Assembly (NCBI GenBank): GCA_951406725.2
Contig: OX597823.1
Coordinates: 107,942,001-108,006,000 of the forward strand
DNA: 64,000 bases
Direction of reading: 5' to 3'
DNA from: Octopus vulgaris
Lineage: Eukaryota
This document shows, in pieces, positions 12,421 to 25,343 of the stretch. Every line of letters begins with the position of its first letter. The stretch's first letter is position 1. The position numbers were made by a program, and so were the translations under genes. The notes below the pieces were generated by a model, which worked only from the letters and a program-made list of their open reading frames with translations, ran no database searches and was not told the DNA's origin.

Positions 12421-13591
12421 TCATATATAACCTTAGCTTTATTTCTTCATATCTCCTGAGTTTCGTTTTCATTGTGTCAGGGCGTATCTAAGAAAATACA
12501 TAACTGTCCCAACGCACTGAAACTGCCCAAATTCCCTAGAATGGGCCGCCGATGAAGGGTGACTTGTCCGTTTGTTCCTTTTGCCATATGTTCTCATTGT
12601 TTGTGCCTAATTTCTCCCGACCACCGATCAACACACACACACAAACACACGCATGGGTACATGCGCACGTGCATGTTACACTTGATGACAGTTGCAGGTA
12701 CTTCAGTATAAAAACCATCTGTATGAAACGATTAGTTATGGCCTTGATATTCTAGTTGGTTCTCTCTCTCTCAGTCTATTTCTTCTCATTTACTCCCAAA
12801 CACACGTTCCTTCGTACGCATGCACAAACAAGCTCAAATATTCATACACACAAACATATTGGTGATCTTTGTATAACAAGATTGGTGCAGTTAATGTGAC
12901 TAGATAAATATTTGAAAAAAAACTGTACCCAGCAAATACATCATATAACAGAAATGTGGAAATGCAGAAATATTTTTTACAAGCAAGTAGTTGTTTATTT
13001 AGGGTATGTTCGTATTTAAGGACATAATGATATGTGGCTATGATATTTTTTTGAAATAATTTCTACCATTTTTCTATGTTTACATTAATGACTATCCATC
13101 TACTTTTGGAATGTACTCGTAAATTAGTAAGCAAAACATACACCAACAGTAGAAATGTTGCAACATGGTTGAACAAGTGAATAATATGTTACATCACATG
13201 TGCATGTAACATACAAGCATTCATACTCAGACACGCGCACGAACATATAAATGTACAACTTTATCTACGTATGTATATACGCATACATATCATATACACT
13301 TGCGTATATGTACATATATTTATTCATTTATATAGTAGAAATATCTATATTATATATATTATATATCCAGTTATATATATATATATATATGCATATGTGT
13401 GTGTGTGTGTGTGTGTGTACGTATGTATGTATGTATGTATGTTTGTACTGCATTTACATTATTTTGTACGTACATGCTTATAAATATATTATGTGTGTGC
13501 GTTCAAGTGCATCTTTATACATACGTACACACGCGCACACACTCACATATATATATGTATATAAACATATCTATATCTATATATATCTATA

Positions 13592-13643
<52 letters not shown>

Positions 13644-13774
13644 GTATATGGACATATGAAAAAGCTGCATGTATCTATTACAAAAATAACAAACAAAACT
13701 AAAAGTAATCACATACTTGGATAACTACACACGCACAATACACACACATTAGTACTCACACGTACACGCATGTG

Positions 13775-13835
<61 letters not shown>

Positions 13836-14325
13836 ATATGTATATATATATATATAGACATATATATATACGTATATATATATATATATGTATATATGCA
13901 TATATATATATATATATATGCGTATATATGTGCGTATATATGTGTGTATATATATGTATATATATATATATATATGTGTATATATACATATATGTACGCA
14001 TAGGGACACCTAAATACTGACTAATGCCCAACAATAACATGTAATAACAACAATAAAAACAAGGCCACCACCGCCAACAACAGCAACAACAAATACCAAT
14101 AACAAGAGCAATGCCACATGGAAAATTGCACCAAGCTGAAGTCCTATTAAATATATGCAATATAGTGTCCATTGTATTGCAGTAAATTGCATTATTGGTG
14201 TAATGTACTGCAACATATATAGTTGCTAACTGCATTAGGCTTAGTTACGGGGATATTAGAATATTGGGGTAAAAAATAACAATAACAATAACATATTCAT
14301 ACATATATATATACATATATATATT

Positions 14326-14405
<80 letters not shown>

Positions 14406-14573
14406 CATTTATACAATCGTATGTCCAAAATACATACGTTTAATAAACACGCACATATATACATACCTTTACGTATATTCATATAGGTGTACTTGTGTAT
14501 CAAACTAATATAGGTATCTGCGTAATAGTGTTTGTGTGTATGTATATATATATATATATACATATATACATGC

Positions 14574-14633
<60 letters not shown>

Positions 14634-15104
14634 CATGTGTATATATATATGTGTGTATATGGGTGTATATTTGTGCGTGTGTGTGTATATACGTTGTATG
14701 TAGGAAGTATTAAAAAATTGGAGCCACATGGTTGTTTATAGTAATGTTATCTGAAAGTAACAAGTTTTATTACGTTAGATGGATTTCTTAATTTTTTCCC
14801 TCCTTGTTTCTGTCCATCCGTCTGTCTGTCTGTATGTCTGTCTGTCGCTCTTTCTCTGTCTTTCTCTCTGTTCCTATCTCGCTGATTTCTTTAATCTCGA
14901 CTCAAAACATTCGCGAACATTCGCGAACATTCAGTTGAACACTCGCATGCATTACATACATATTTTGCTCGGCCTATTTAGAATGTTTATTGCGCAATGC
15001 CAAAAACAACTATATTTTAGAACTGTATAGAAAAACTGCACGGAAATGGCATAGATGGGTTTCGGCACTGTCCAGAAAATCTGTTACCGTTATATTATTA
15101 TAAT

Positions 15105-15287
15105 AATCCTTTCTACAACAGGCAATTGTGGGGTGGGAGTAAGTGAACCTCATCGACTCCAGTACTTGGCTGGTACTTAATTTATCGACCCCGAAAGGAT
15201 GAAAAGCCAAGTCATTCATCTTCGGCGGAATTAGAATTCAGAACGTAAAGACGGACGAAATATCACTAAATATTTTGCCCGACATGG

Positions 15288-15341
<54 letters not shown>

Positions 15342-15542
15342 TTGATTTCAAATTTTGGCACAAGGTCAGCAATTGTGGCGGAGGGGCTAAGTCGATTACA
15401 TCGACCCCAGTGTTCAACTGGTGCTTATTTCATCGACCCCAAAAGGGTAACAGGCGGACTTTGAACTCAGAACATAAGTAAAGACGAAATACCGTTAAGC
15501 AACTTACCTGACGTGCTAATGATTTTGCTATCTCACCGCCTT
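15105..15542 (-). mobile_element. Two SINE family B copies separated by (AAT)n
   Basis: TTTATCGACCCCGAAAGGATGAAA and TTGAACTCAGAAC motifs. Confidence 0.8.
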
Positions 15543-15585
15543 ATCAATTTTAATGATATTAATATTAATAATATTTGTAATAATA

Positions 15586-16030
15586 AATGCCCTGATGTAA
15601 TACGAGGCAGTGACCCTCGTGGTTTCTTATCTAAACTGTCTGGAAGTGTTAATATGTGCATGTTATATCTTAGTGTAAAAGATGGGCTACAGCAAATATT
15701 CTGCTCAATACTACAGATTTGCTTGTCAGTTGTTTAACCTTAACAAGTCAACCATGTTTTTTAGCGACTGCTGATATATGCATCTCTGATCATGTGGGAT
15801 ACTTCGGAGTTTGAACAATTCACCTCTGGAAACAGGTGTTTCATTCATCCTTAAACAACTCTTATTCAGGGTCTTTTGAGTGGAATGGGGTACGCGACCT
15901 GAAAACAATTCTAACTAGGCTCCCACCTGCAAGGTCATGCAATGTTTATCTTGATATGATATCACCATGTCGTGCATATATGGTTGTGATGCATGTGCCT
16001 AGTGTATCCTTATGAGACGGGTAGTCATTG
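15586..16030. mobile_element. Family D repeat, truncated next to the mariner
   Basis: Homologous to 5885-6312 but lacks the last ~60 nt present in that copy. Confidence 0.8.
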
Positions 16031-16042
16031 CTAGTTGATATA

Positions 16043-17292
16043 CGAGGGACGTTCAATAAGTAATGCCCCTGACCCATAGCAGTAGAACAACGAAACTTGG
16101 CACAGTTATTAGTCTTTTTCTACATAGGAACCACCCAGAGTTACGCATTCCTCCCATCGTTTGATGCAGCTCTGGAGACCGTTTTTGTAGAAGACCCCAG
16201 CTTGGTCCTCCAACCACGACGTGACTTCAGAAATCAAGGCTGCATCATCTGGGAAACGCTTTCCTTTCAAAAACAACTTCATGGCTGGGAAGAGCTGAAA
16301 ATCAGAGGGTGCAAGGTCAGGAGAGTAGGGGGATGGGGGAGGAGTTCATAGCCGCACATCCGTGCTTCTGATCTGGCAACAAGCGAGTTGTGGACCGGAA
16401 CGTTGTCCTGCAGGAGGAGGATGCCTTTGCTGATCTTGCCCCGCCTCTTGATTTTGATAGCTTCTCTTAATTTCCTCAAAAGTGAAGCATGATAGGCCCC
16501 TGTAATTGTGGTACCCTTTGCCAGGAAATCTCATCACTACTCCGTCCTGGTCCCAGAAGACTGTGAGCATGACCTTGCCAGCGGAGGGCTGCACCCTTGC
16601 CTTCTTTGGAGGAGGTGAGTCACGGTGCTTCCACTGCATTGACTGGGATTTGGTCTCTGGATCATAGTGATGGACCCAGGTTTCATCCTGTGTAATTTTG
16701 AAAAATTTTGACTCATCTTCTTGGCTAGACGCGTTCTTGCTTCTGGAAAGGTGTGAGCAGCCCGGGAATCCATCTAGCAGACACCTTTTGCATATGCAAA
16801 TGGTCATGAATGATAGTTTCCACAGACCCGGTACTAATCTTGACCTCATGGGCTATTTGGCGAATAGTTATGCGTCGATCTTCCAAAATGGCAGCCTCAA
16901 CTTGACAGACAGATGCCTCATCAACAGCAGAAGGGGGCGACCAGATCTGGGAGCTGTTTCCACAGAGTTCCGACAAAGTTTGAATTCACGATGCCAGCGT
17001 TTTACAAGGTCATATGATGAGGCATCATCACCATAAGTTACTTTCATTTCATCAAAAGTCTCCCTTGGTGTGCGTCCTTTCAAATACAAAAACCGGATCA
17101 CTGCTCGACACTCAACAGGTTCCATTTCACACTTGACTCAGTTCAAACACCTGTAAATCAGAAACCCCAATTAGTTCAGAGCTGTAATTTGCAACCTAAT
17201 CTATAGAGATATAAATATTTGCACATGCAAAATTTCAGCTAGATCAAACTACTGCAAGTGTGTCAGGGGCATTACTTATTGAACGTCCCTCG
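16043..17292 (-). mobile_element. Full-length mariner with frameshifted transposase pseudogene
   Basis: Perfect TIRs CGAGGGACGTTCAATAAGTAATGCCCCTGAC with TA on both sides; split ORFs MEPVECRAVIRFL.., WIPGLLT, DETWVHHYDPETK, LLQDN, LPHPP. Confidence 0.97.
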
Positions 17293-17916
17293 TATATCAA
17301 CTAGAGTAAGAATAGCATCAATAACAACGGCCTCAGCAACAGCATCTGTTGTAGAAAATAAAACTCAGTACAAAATGTATGTATAAAGTAATTATACATT
17401 AGTATGTCGTCCAGCATATGTACGTGTTGTTGTACTACGGTTTAGTTTTCATTATTTGCTTTATCTTAAATTTTTGTTTGTTTGTTTGCTGCTTATGCTG
17501 ATGCCGACATCAAATGTATGTCGATGTGTGTGTGTGTGTATGGGTGCGCAGTTTGCATGTTCAATGAGTGTGTTTGCGTGTGTTTTAGTTTGCATTTTGT
17601 ATGTACGTAACTTGTATGTAATATCGGTGTGACAGTGTGTGTAGTTTGTATGTTGTATATATGCAGATCGTATGTTGTATCAGAGCGAGTGGCTTCTGGT
17701 TATGCGTGTGAAGTAATTGAGTTTTGTTGAATTTAATCGTGTATTATCTCCATTTTTGTATTGCTGTAGTGATAGATTAGCGTTGTTGTAGTGGCGTTGT
17801 TTTTGTTGTTGACGATCTTTGTGGTGTCATAATCTGTCCTCAGGGTTCATACTACCTCTGTAAGCTGCCCACTGTCGGATCTTTTATATGTGCTAAAAAA
17901 AGAATTTATATTTCAA

Positions 17917-18289
17917 GGGAAGGAAGCACTCCGTCGGTTACGACGACGAGGGTTCCGGTTGATCCGAATCAACGGAACAGCCTGCTCGTGAAATTAACGT
18001 GTAAGTGGCTGAGCACTCCACAGACACGTGTACCCTTAACGTAATTCTCGGGGATATTCAGCGTGACACAGAGTGACAAGGTCGGCCCTTTAAAATACAG
18101 GTACAACAGAAACAGGAAGTAAGAGTGAGAGAAAGTTGTGGTGAAAGAGTACAGCAGGGATCACCACCATCCCCTGCTGGAGCCTCGTGGAGCTTTAGGT
18201 GTTTTCGCTCAATAAACACTCACAGCGCCCGGTCTGGGAATCGAAACCGCGAGTCCGCTGCCCTAACCACTGGGCCATTGCGCCTCCAC
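17917..18289 (-). mobile_element. SINE family C (tRNA-derived), tail type 1
   Basis: Head GGCGCAATGGCCCAGTGGTTAGGGCAGCGGACTCGCGG..TTCGATTCCC; body shared with 38746-38937. Confidence 0.9.
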
Positions 18290-18814
18290 CTTTATATTTC
18301 AACATAGTTTATTTATCCGTTGAGTTTTTGTACCTTAAGTTGATAAATTTGGGTGTTTATTTCTATCCTTTCACGTATAGTGCAGGTCGTTTCTTCTGTG
18401 GAGTTTGTGATGTTCTCCCTATAATGCATCTTATATGATATACAATGATCTTAGTGCTCAAAAACATCTACGGGCTGGCTGTACACACCCTGCGGTTGTT
18501 GCCAGTGCAATGGTTTTTTGTGAATATCTATGATTTAAATATGAGTGACAAGATGGATCTGTCTGTCTTTTTTTTGTATTACTCTGATTCTAAGTTTCAT
18601 TTCGTGTAATATTTCCCTAGCTCACCTTCAAGTGACGTATATAACACCTTGGAATTTTTTCTTCTCATATCATTTCAATCCACTTCAAATTTGTTCCGAT
18701 ATGTACTAGATTTGTTGAAGATGTGTTTGATGTTAAAATCTGATTCAGGGTGTTACTGATAGTGCGTATGTGTGTATGTGTGTGCATACACACTCACACA
18801 CATCGATTCTTTTA

Positions 18815-19065
18815 GGTAACGAATTCCATTCGACTCTGTGACATCTTGATATCTTGAGCAAGTGTTTTTACCAATGCCTCTGTTCGACCTAATCCTTGTG
18901 AGTGAAATTTGGGAAACGAAATTTGTTTAGAAGCCTATCAAATAGACTACGTGCAATTCGAAGTTATAGCCTCGGCGGCACACTTCTGTCACACTGGTTT
19001 AGCATAAGAGTTACATTAAAAGTACAAGTGTCAGTGGAGTACCCGATCACTTTGCTCGCCTACGT
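18815..19065 (+). mobile_element. Old chimeric SINE: family A body plus family C type-1 tail
   Basis: TTGAGCAAGTGTTTT..CCTTGTGAGTGAAATTTGG (A body) followed by GAGTTACATTAAAAGTACAAGTGTCAGTGGAGTAC (C tail). Confidence 0.55.
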
Positions 19066-20269
19066 CAGTGTGTAGCTCACCGTACTTGATAAAACAACTT
19101 TCAAATACAGAAAAAGGCCAGAGTTCCCATCATACAAACATACATATAAACAAACACACACACACACACACACACACATATGGATAGATTGATAGACAAA
19201 GAGAAAGATTGAGTGAGTGAGAGATAGAAAGCTTTTTACTGTTATGTATCAACTACGTATTTTATCCATTTCATAGAACGGGATGCAAAACAGATTCGAG
19301 CAGAGTTTTACGAAATTATATACTGTAATGAATAAAAACAACAAAATAGTTTTATTACGCATCAATGATATAAATACTACAGGGGACTTATTTTATTGAC
19401 ATCATAGGGGATATGTTCAAACTGTCCTTTTCAAATTCGAACCCAGAACGTCGAGGAAGTGAAGTAGATAATAGTATAACAATCCACAGTTGCTGTTTAT
19501 TCCAATCTCTTTATGGTGACTTAAAAACTAAGCAAACGGCTAGATTCTATTGACCTAGTGCATGACCAACACTTTATTTGATTTACTCCGGAAGGATGAA
19601 AAACTAGGAATACTTCGACTGGATTTGAACTAAGAATATAAAGGGTCCTAACCACGATGACAGCAGCCGTAAAAGTAATGGTAATAATAGTGGTGGTGGT
19701 AGATGAACGTATTAGGTTCCCAAACACTGTGTCTTAGATTTTCAAAACTTCAATTTTAGCTTTTAGAAAATTCAAACATTTGTTTGAAGGTCTTGAGAAA
19801 ACATGTTACAGAATATTGTTATCTACAAGTGTTTTAAATGAAAACAACGTAAACCATAGTTTTCTCTATTTGTTCCAAAATTTTAAATATTCGATCAGTT
19901 TTTCTTTAAACTTTTCGTGGGAAGTGTTCCGATGCTTTGTTATTAGATCTCCCGAGGACGACGAAATAACAAAAATTGAGAAACAATAGATTGAAAGTTG
20001 ATGAAAGTCTCAATTACATAAGTGTTTGAATGTTGCAATACATTTATACGATTTTATAGGAACTTCTTTAGATTAAAAGATACACTGGAAAGATACGCAG
20101 AAAGATTGAAGTGAACGTAGTTGATAAATCCAACCAACACTACCGGTGAGGACCTCTTTTTAAAAATTACTGTTGTTGTTTAATCCTGTGTAAACTGATT
20201 ATGTTACAAAGACACTGAAACTAGTTACAGTGATAACTGGGTGAGACAGTGATTTCATAGATTTCGTTT

Positions 20270-21260
20270 CATCAGGCTGAGTAAAAAGGAAGCAAACTTT
20301 TGGAACATGAAATTCATTACAATATATTTCAACAATGCGGCAATTTTATTCATCGAAGTACCATTACAATTAACACATTTCTGCCAAGTTTGTTTATTCC
20401 GGTAACATAAAATTCTGGAATTCTGGAGGAGATGAACTCTTTGAACACACTTTCAGCATCGGTCTGATTTTTGAACTCCTTCTCTCGCAGGAAAATATCA
20501 AGGTGCTTGAAAAAGTGGTAGTCGGTAGGAGAGAGATCTGGGGAATAAGCTGAGTAGGGAAGGACTTCGTAGCCAACTTCCCTCAACTTCTGGAGCATCA
20601 TTAATGAAGCGTGTGGTCAAGCATTGTCATGAAGAATGACTGGCCCTCTTCTGTTGACCAGTCCGGGACGGAGGTGTCACAATTTTTCGGTCATTTTGGC
20701 AATTTCATGGCATTATGCTGCTGCAGTAATGGTTTTTCCGGGTTTTAAGAAGTTATAGTGGATAAGTCCAGCAGTACACCACCAAACAGTCACTATAATA
20801 TTCTTTTTGAAGAGCTTGGGTTTAGGGAAGGTTTTCGGTGCTTCATTTTGGCCCACCTACTTCGAAGAACGTTTTTTTTTTTTATTGTACAGAATCCACT
20901 TTTCATCGCAAGTAACAATACGCCCGAGAAATGGATTGGTCTGGTTACGGAGAAGAAGTGACGAGCAAATTTCATATCTGCGCATTTTCTGATTTTCATT
21001 CAAGTCGCGTGGTACCCATTTGTCGAGCTTTTTTGATTTTCCGGTCACATGCAAATGGTTGCAGGAAGTTTTCTGGCTAAATCGAAGTTCTTTTGCCAGT
21101 TCTTGGGTGGGTTTACGTGGATCTTTCTCAATGGTGGTATTTAAGTGACCGTCATCAATGACAGATGGGCGTCCACTACGTTCACGATCTTCAAGGCTCA
21201 GCAATACACTCCGAAATCGTTTAAACCATTTTCGAGCTGACCACTCACTGGTCATTTCGG
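20270..21260 (-). mobile_element. 5'-truncated mariner (Hsmar1/cecropia-like) transposase relic
   Basis: WVPRDLNENQKMRR..IVTCDEKWILYN; YSPDLSPTDYHFFKHLD. Confidence 0.92.
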
Positions 21261-21489
21261 AGAAAAAGAATACGGTGGTTCATCAGTAGAAACTCTGATG
21301 AAACTCTTGAAAATAGGACGATAATGATTATTGTTTCTAACGTAGACAGAATCGACTTCCGGAAGGACGAAAGGCAAGGTTAATCCAGGTAGGGTTTAAA
21401 CTCAGAATGTAATAAGCTGTAACTAAATACCGCAAGACAATAGAATGCGGGGCTGCATAAAGGAGCGAGTAAAAAAGCACAACACTATA

Positions 21490-22400
21490 ATAATTCCAAC
21501 AATTATATAATTCCTCAGAAGAGGGAAGACTCCTTAGGGCTGCTAGTGGAAACCCCACAAACTAGGGCCGCCCTGATAACAAGGATAAGTACCTTCTCCT
21601 CGTCGTCTTCTTTCAGTCTAGAGGTGCATGCTTAGAGCAGACCCGTTTACTCGGACCATCCTTGCTACATTCAACAGATTTGCTTGAAGGCAGTTCTTTC
21701 CTCTATACCTTCATCTTTTCAAATGAAACTTGCAAAAGCTGATGAAAGTTTGGCCAAAGAAGGAAGTGTTTGTTTTCAGCCCTTTCCAGCTGGTCCACCA
21801 CACGACCTCTTTCACCAAGGCCACTAGACTGACACACACTGCCTGTGCTTTTCCAGGCCAAAGGCAGGCAGTGGGACGATCTTCATAATGGACTCAACCG
21901 ATAGGCAGATCCGTCCTACGCGCGGCAGCAGGTGTTCGACATAAACTTACAAGTCAGCAATGCTCGGGAACTGGACGAGATCTTGCCAGACAATTTCGTC
22001 GCTTTTTATGCATCTCAAGCAGGCTCGACTGACAGCATTTCTATGCTTGTCGAATTTATTTGGAACAATGTGACCCGGTAGCATTGTTTGGCAAGGTATT
22101 TCTGGAAATTATCCAAGCGTCCCAGCCCAAAAGTCATCCGGAACAGAACAACCAGTTGACTATCGTCGATGCCCAGTCCCGCTGAAAACGTCATCGCTCT
22201 TGCCAGCCACTAAACCTCTTTAAAACACCAGAGAGGAATCTCTACCGACAGCGCTACCCGACTGACTGAGAACTGTGGGCGCTTGACGACATTTTAGGTG
22301 CCATATACTCTGCTTCGGTCTACAGTTAATCAATGACTGATTCTCAATCAGAGACGAGCGGTGGAAAATCTTATTTCACAAACGGTGACAACACACCTGC
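21490..22400 (-). mobile_element. Very decayed RLE-type non-LTR retrotransposon fragment (tentative)
   Basis: GC-richer block with weak remnants resembling RHNAV and (P)YEDRPTA motifs; no continuous frame. Confidence 0.3.
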
Positions 22401-23248
22401 TCACAGTGGAGGAAACGCTGGAGATGTTATAGTCTCAGCATACATCTACGTGTCAGCAGCCACTGCATGCCTATCCCTCCATTCAGTGGGTGTTGACAAC
22501 AAATGGAGCGCCTAACCAGTGGAACTCGTATGTCTAACCGTAACCTTGGTGTTTTCTTTCCCAATATATTGCAGCACGCGTGTTTGCAGCCCGTATTGTT
22601 CTCAGCCTTGAAACCAGAACACTCCATCACTTGCTCTGTCCTACGTCCTTTCACACGTTGCCAGATCTTTCTCCAACTCCTATTTTAGGAGCATTTAGAA
22701 GACCTCTCCATTCAAAAAACCCACAAATATATCTTATCTCATTTAGTAAATTGTTCAAATCAAAAGAGGAACTAGCTTTTGTACCATATCGTTTGTATGA
22801 CTTACCCTTTGCTTAGTTTCGACTCACGTCTAATATTTCTTCTTGGTTTGTCACAACTGGAAAACACTAAAGAGCTCCTGCCGTTGGTGGTACTTTTCTT
22901 ATTGCCATTTGAGTCTATGTTTTTGACACATATCTTTTTGTGCTTGTCCTGTTCAAACTGCCTGAATTTATAACTATTGTCTGTTTATTTAAGTTGCTGT
23001 CACATCTGTGAAACTTTCAGTGGACCATATTTGTTGCATATAATTAAGAAAGGACTAATCACAACCCTTTCTACAATAGGCGCAAAGCCTGAATTTTATT
23101 TTGGTGGTGTTGTTGTTGTTGTTGGGTGATAGTTGATTACATTGACTTCAGTATTAAATTGGTGCATATTTTATTGTTCACATGAGAATGAAAGAAAAGT
23201 TGACCAAAGTGGGATTTGAACACAGTAATAATAATAATGATAATTTTT

Positions 23249-23634
23249 TATTTCTTTATTGACTATAAGGGGCCAAACATAGAGGGGACAAACAAAGACA
23301 GACAAAGGGATTAAATCGGTTATATCGACCCCAGTGCATAACTGGTACTTATTTAATCGACCTCGAAAGGATGAAAGGCAAAGTCGACCTCGGTGGAACT
23401 TGAACTCAGAACGCAGCGGCAGATGAAATACCTATTTCTTTATTACCCACAAGGGGCCAAACATAGAGGGGACAAACAAGGACAGACATAGGTATTAAGT
23501 CGATTATATCGACCCCCAGTGCGTAACTGATACTTATTTAATCGACCCCGAAGGGATAAAAGGCAAAGTCGACCTCGGCGGAATTTGAACTCACAACGTA
23601 ACGACAGACGAAATACCGCTAAGTATTTCGCCCG

Positions 23635-23635
<1 letters not shown>
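23249..23635 (-). mobile_element. Tandem dimer of SINE family B
   Basis: Units 23249-23432 and 23433-23635 joined at GAAATACC|TATTTC. Confidence 0.9.
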
Positions 23636-23675
<40 letters not shown>

Positions 23676-24513
23676 GCAATAACAACAACAACATCAGCAA
23701 GGATGTGATGGTAATAACAAGAGCAATGATAAGGATACTTTCATTTACTTGTTTAATGATAGTTTCTTTGAAAATAATGTCTAAAGTAGTCAGAGGACGA
23801 TGCATTGATGGTGGCAGGGTGGAGTGTAGTTGATTACATATTGACGCCGAGGGTGGCAGAACTCAGAATTGAATGAAAATGTAAGAGAATGCATTTTGTT
23901 GCTCGTTCAACCCCTCTGCCAGTACCTCCCACCCTAATGATTATTATTGTAAACATATTCACAGAACAAACAAACACACAAATAAATAAAGAATACCAAA
24001 TTCCGTAACTCTAACAATTAGTTCTTCTGTAGTTGAAGAAAATTTATCATTGCCTTTCATGTTTTATTTTTCACTTTTGTTTGTGTTTTATTGTTTTAGA
24101 TTATTTTTTTGTGGTGTGTGTGTTATCCCCCCCCCCCCTCTCTGCCTTTTTGTCTCAACAATGTCTGAGAATAGAACAAAACAGTCAAAATGTGTAAATA
24201 ATTACTTGAAGCGATGCTTTCAGTGAAATTCTACAAAGCTATTCTCTATTCAATAACTGTTTCTATTCCCTTCACTAACCAAACACACATTCTCCTCTCT
24301 CTCTCGTCTTTCATTTCTCCTTCTTCAACGTTCGCTCGGCTTTTTCCAGCGTTCTGCTAGATTGTTGCTTTCGATTACATTTTGTTTGTTTTTGTTGTTT
24401 AACGAAAATACCAGAGTAAATTTATTTGAAGTGAAGTTGTTCGACTAAACTGACTAAACGCTACTAAAGCCTTTCTTTTGTGTGCCTCAGCAAGGCGCAT
24501 AACTCTGCCACTC

Positions 24514-24587
24514 TCAGTTTGCCTGACTGACTGCAGGTTCCACATCTGCTTCATGGTTGAGAGATTTGCGATAGAAATGGCACCTAG
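24514..24587 (-). CDS. Candidate terminal coding exon of an unidentified gene ((A)RCHFYRKSLNHEADVEPAVSQAN*)
   Basis: Strong acceptor TTTTTTTTATTTACAG; non-repetitive sequence; downstream AATAAA; no homology recognised. Confidence 0.35.
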
Positions 24588-25126
24588 CTGTAAATAAAAA
24601 AAACAACGGTTGCTGCAACAATCTGCAAGTATCTAAGTTTGCTAAAAATAAAATTCAGTTTCTGTAAGTTGTTAACAAGGTAAAAAAAAAAAACAAAAAA
24701 AAGCAAAACAGCTGTAAAATAATAAACTGGGGCGGGGGGGGGGGAGAAAGAAAGTAAACCGGAAACAGTAAAATTAAACCCTAAAGGGCAGAGAATATTC
24801 CCACACCTCATCGTAAACTATGAAGCAAAGTTATCAATGTGATAACATTTCTCATGCCTATACGACACTCGCTCACGTCTATACATAACACTTAAAATGC
24901 AGATGAAAATGTTGTGCAGTAGTACTCGGGGTAGCTAAACACTCATCTCTTCGTATCATAATAAATGTTAATGTTTCAGAAATTGAACTTGCGGTCAGTA
25001 GTTCGGCAAAACTATCATTTATATATCTTTTATATATGAATGTGACTGTTCATGAATGTGTTTGTATGTTTGCACACATACAAACACACTATTATACATT
25101 TATATTATAATACATTTATATGCAGA

Positions 25127-25343
25127 AGGCGGCGAGCTGGCAGAACCATTAGCACGCCGGGCGAAATGCGTAGCCGCATTTCGTCTGTCGCTACGTTCTG
25201 AGTTCAAATTCCGCCGAGGTCGACTTTGCCTTTCATCTTTTCGGAGTCGATGAATTAAGTACCAATTGCGTACTGAGGTCGATCTAATCAACTAGCCCCT
25301 CTCCACAAACAATTTCGGGCCTTGTGCCTAGAGTAGAAAAGAA
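25127..25343 (+). mobile_element. SINE family B (third tail type)
   Basis: Full head GGCGGCGAGCTGGCAGAA, core, and tail GGGCCTTGTGCCTAGAGTAGAAAAG. Confidence 0.9.

Noticed and set aside
18230-18289. tRNA gene (also about 38865-38937 and 58630-58685)
   Set aside because: A/B-box-like motifs belong to SINE heads or degenerate remnants; no complete cloverleaf
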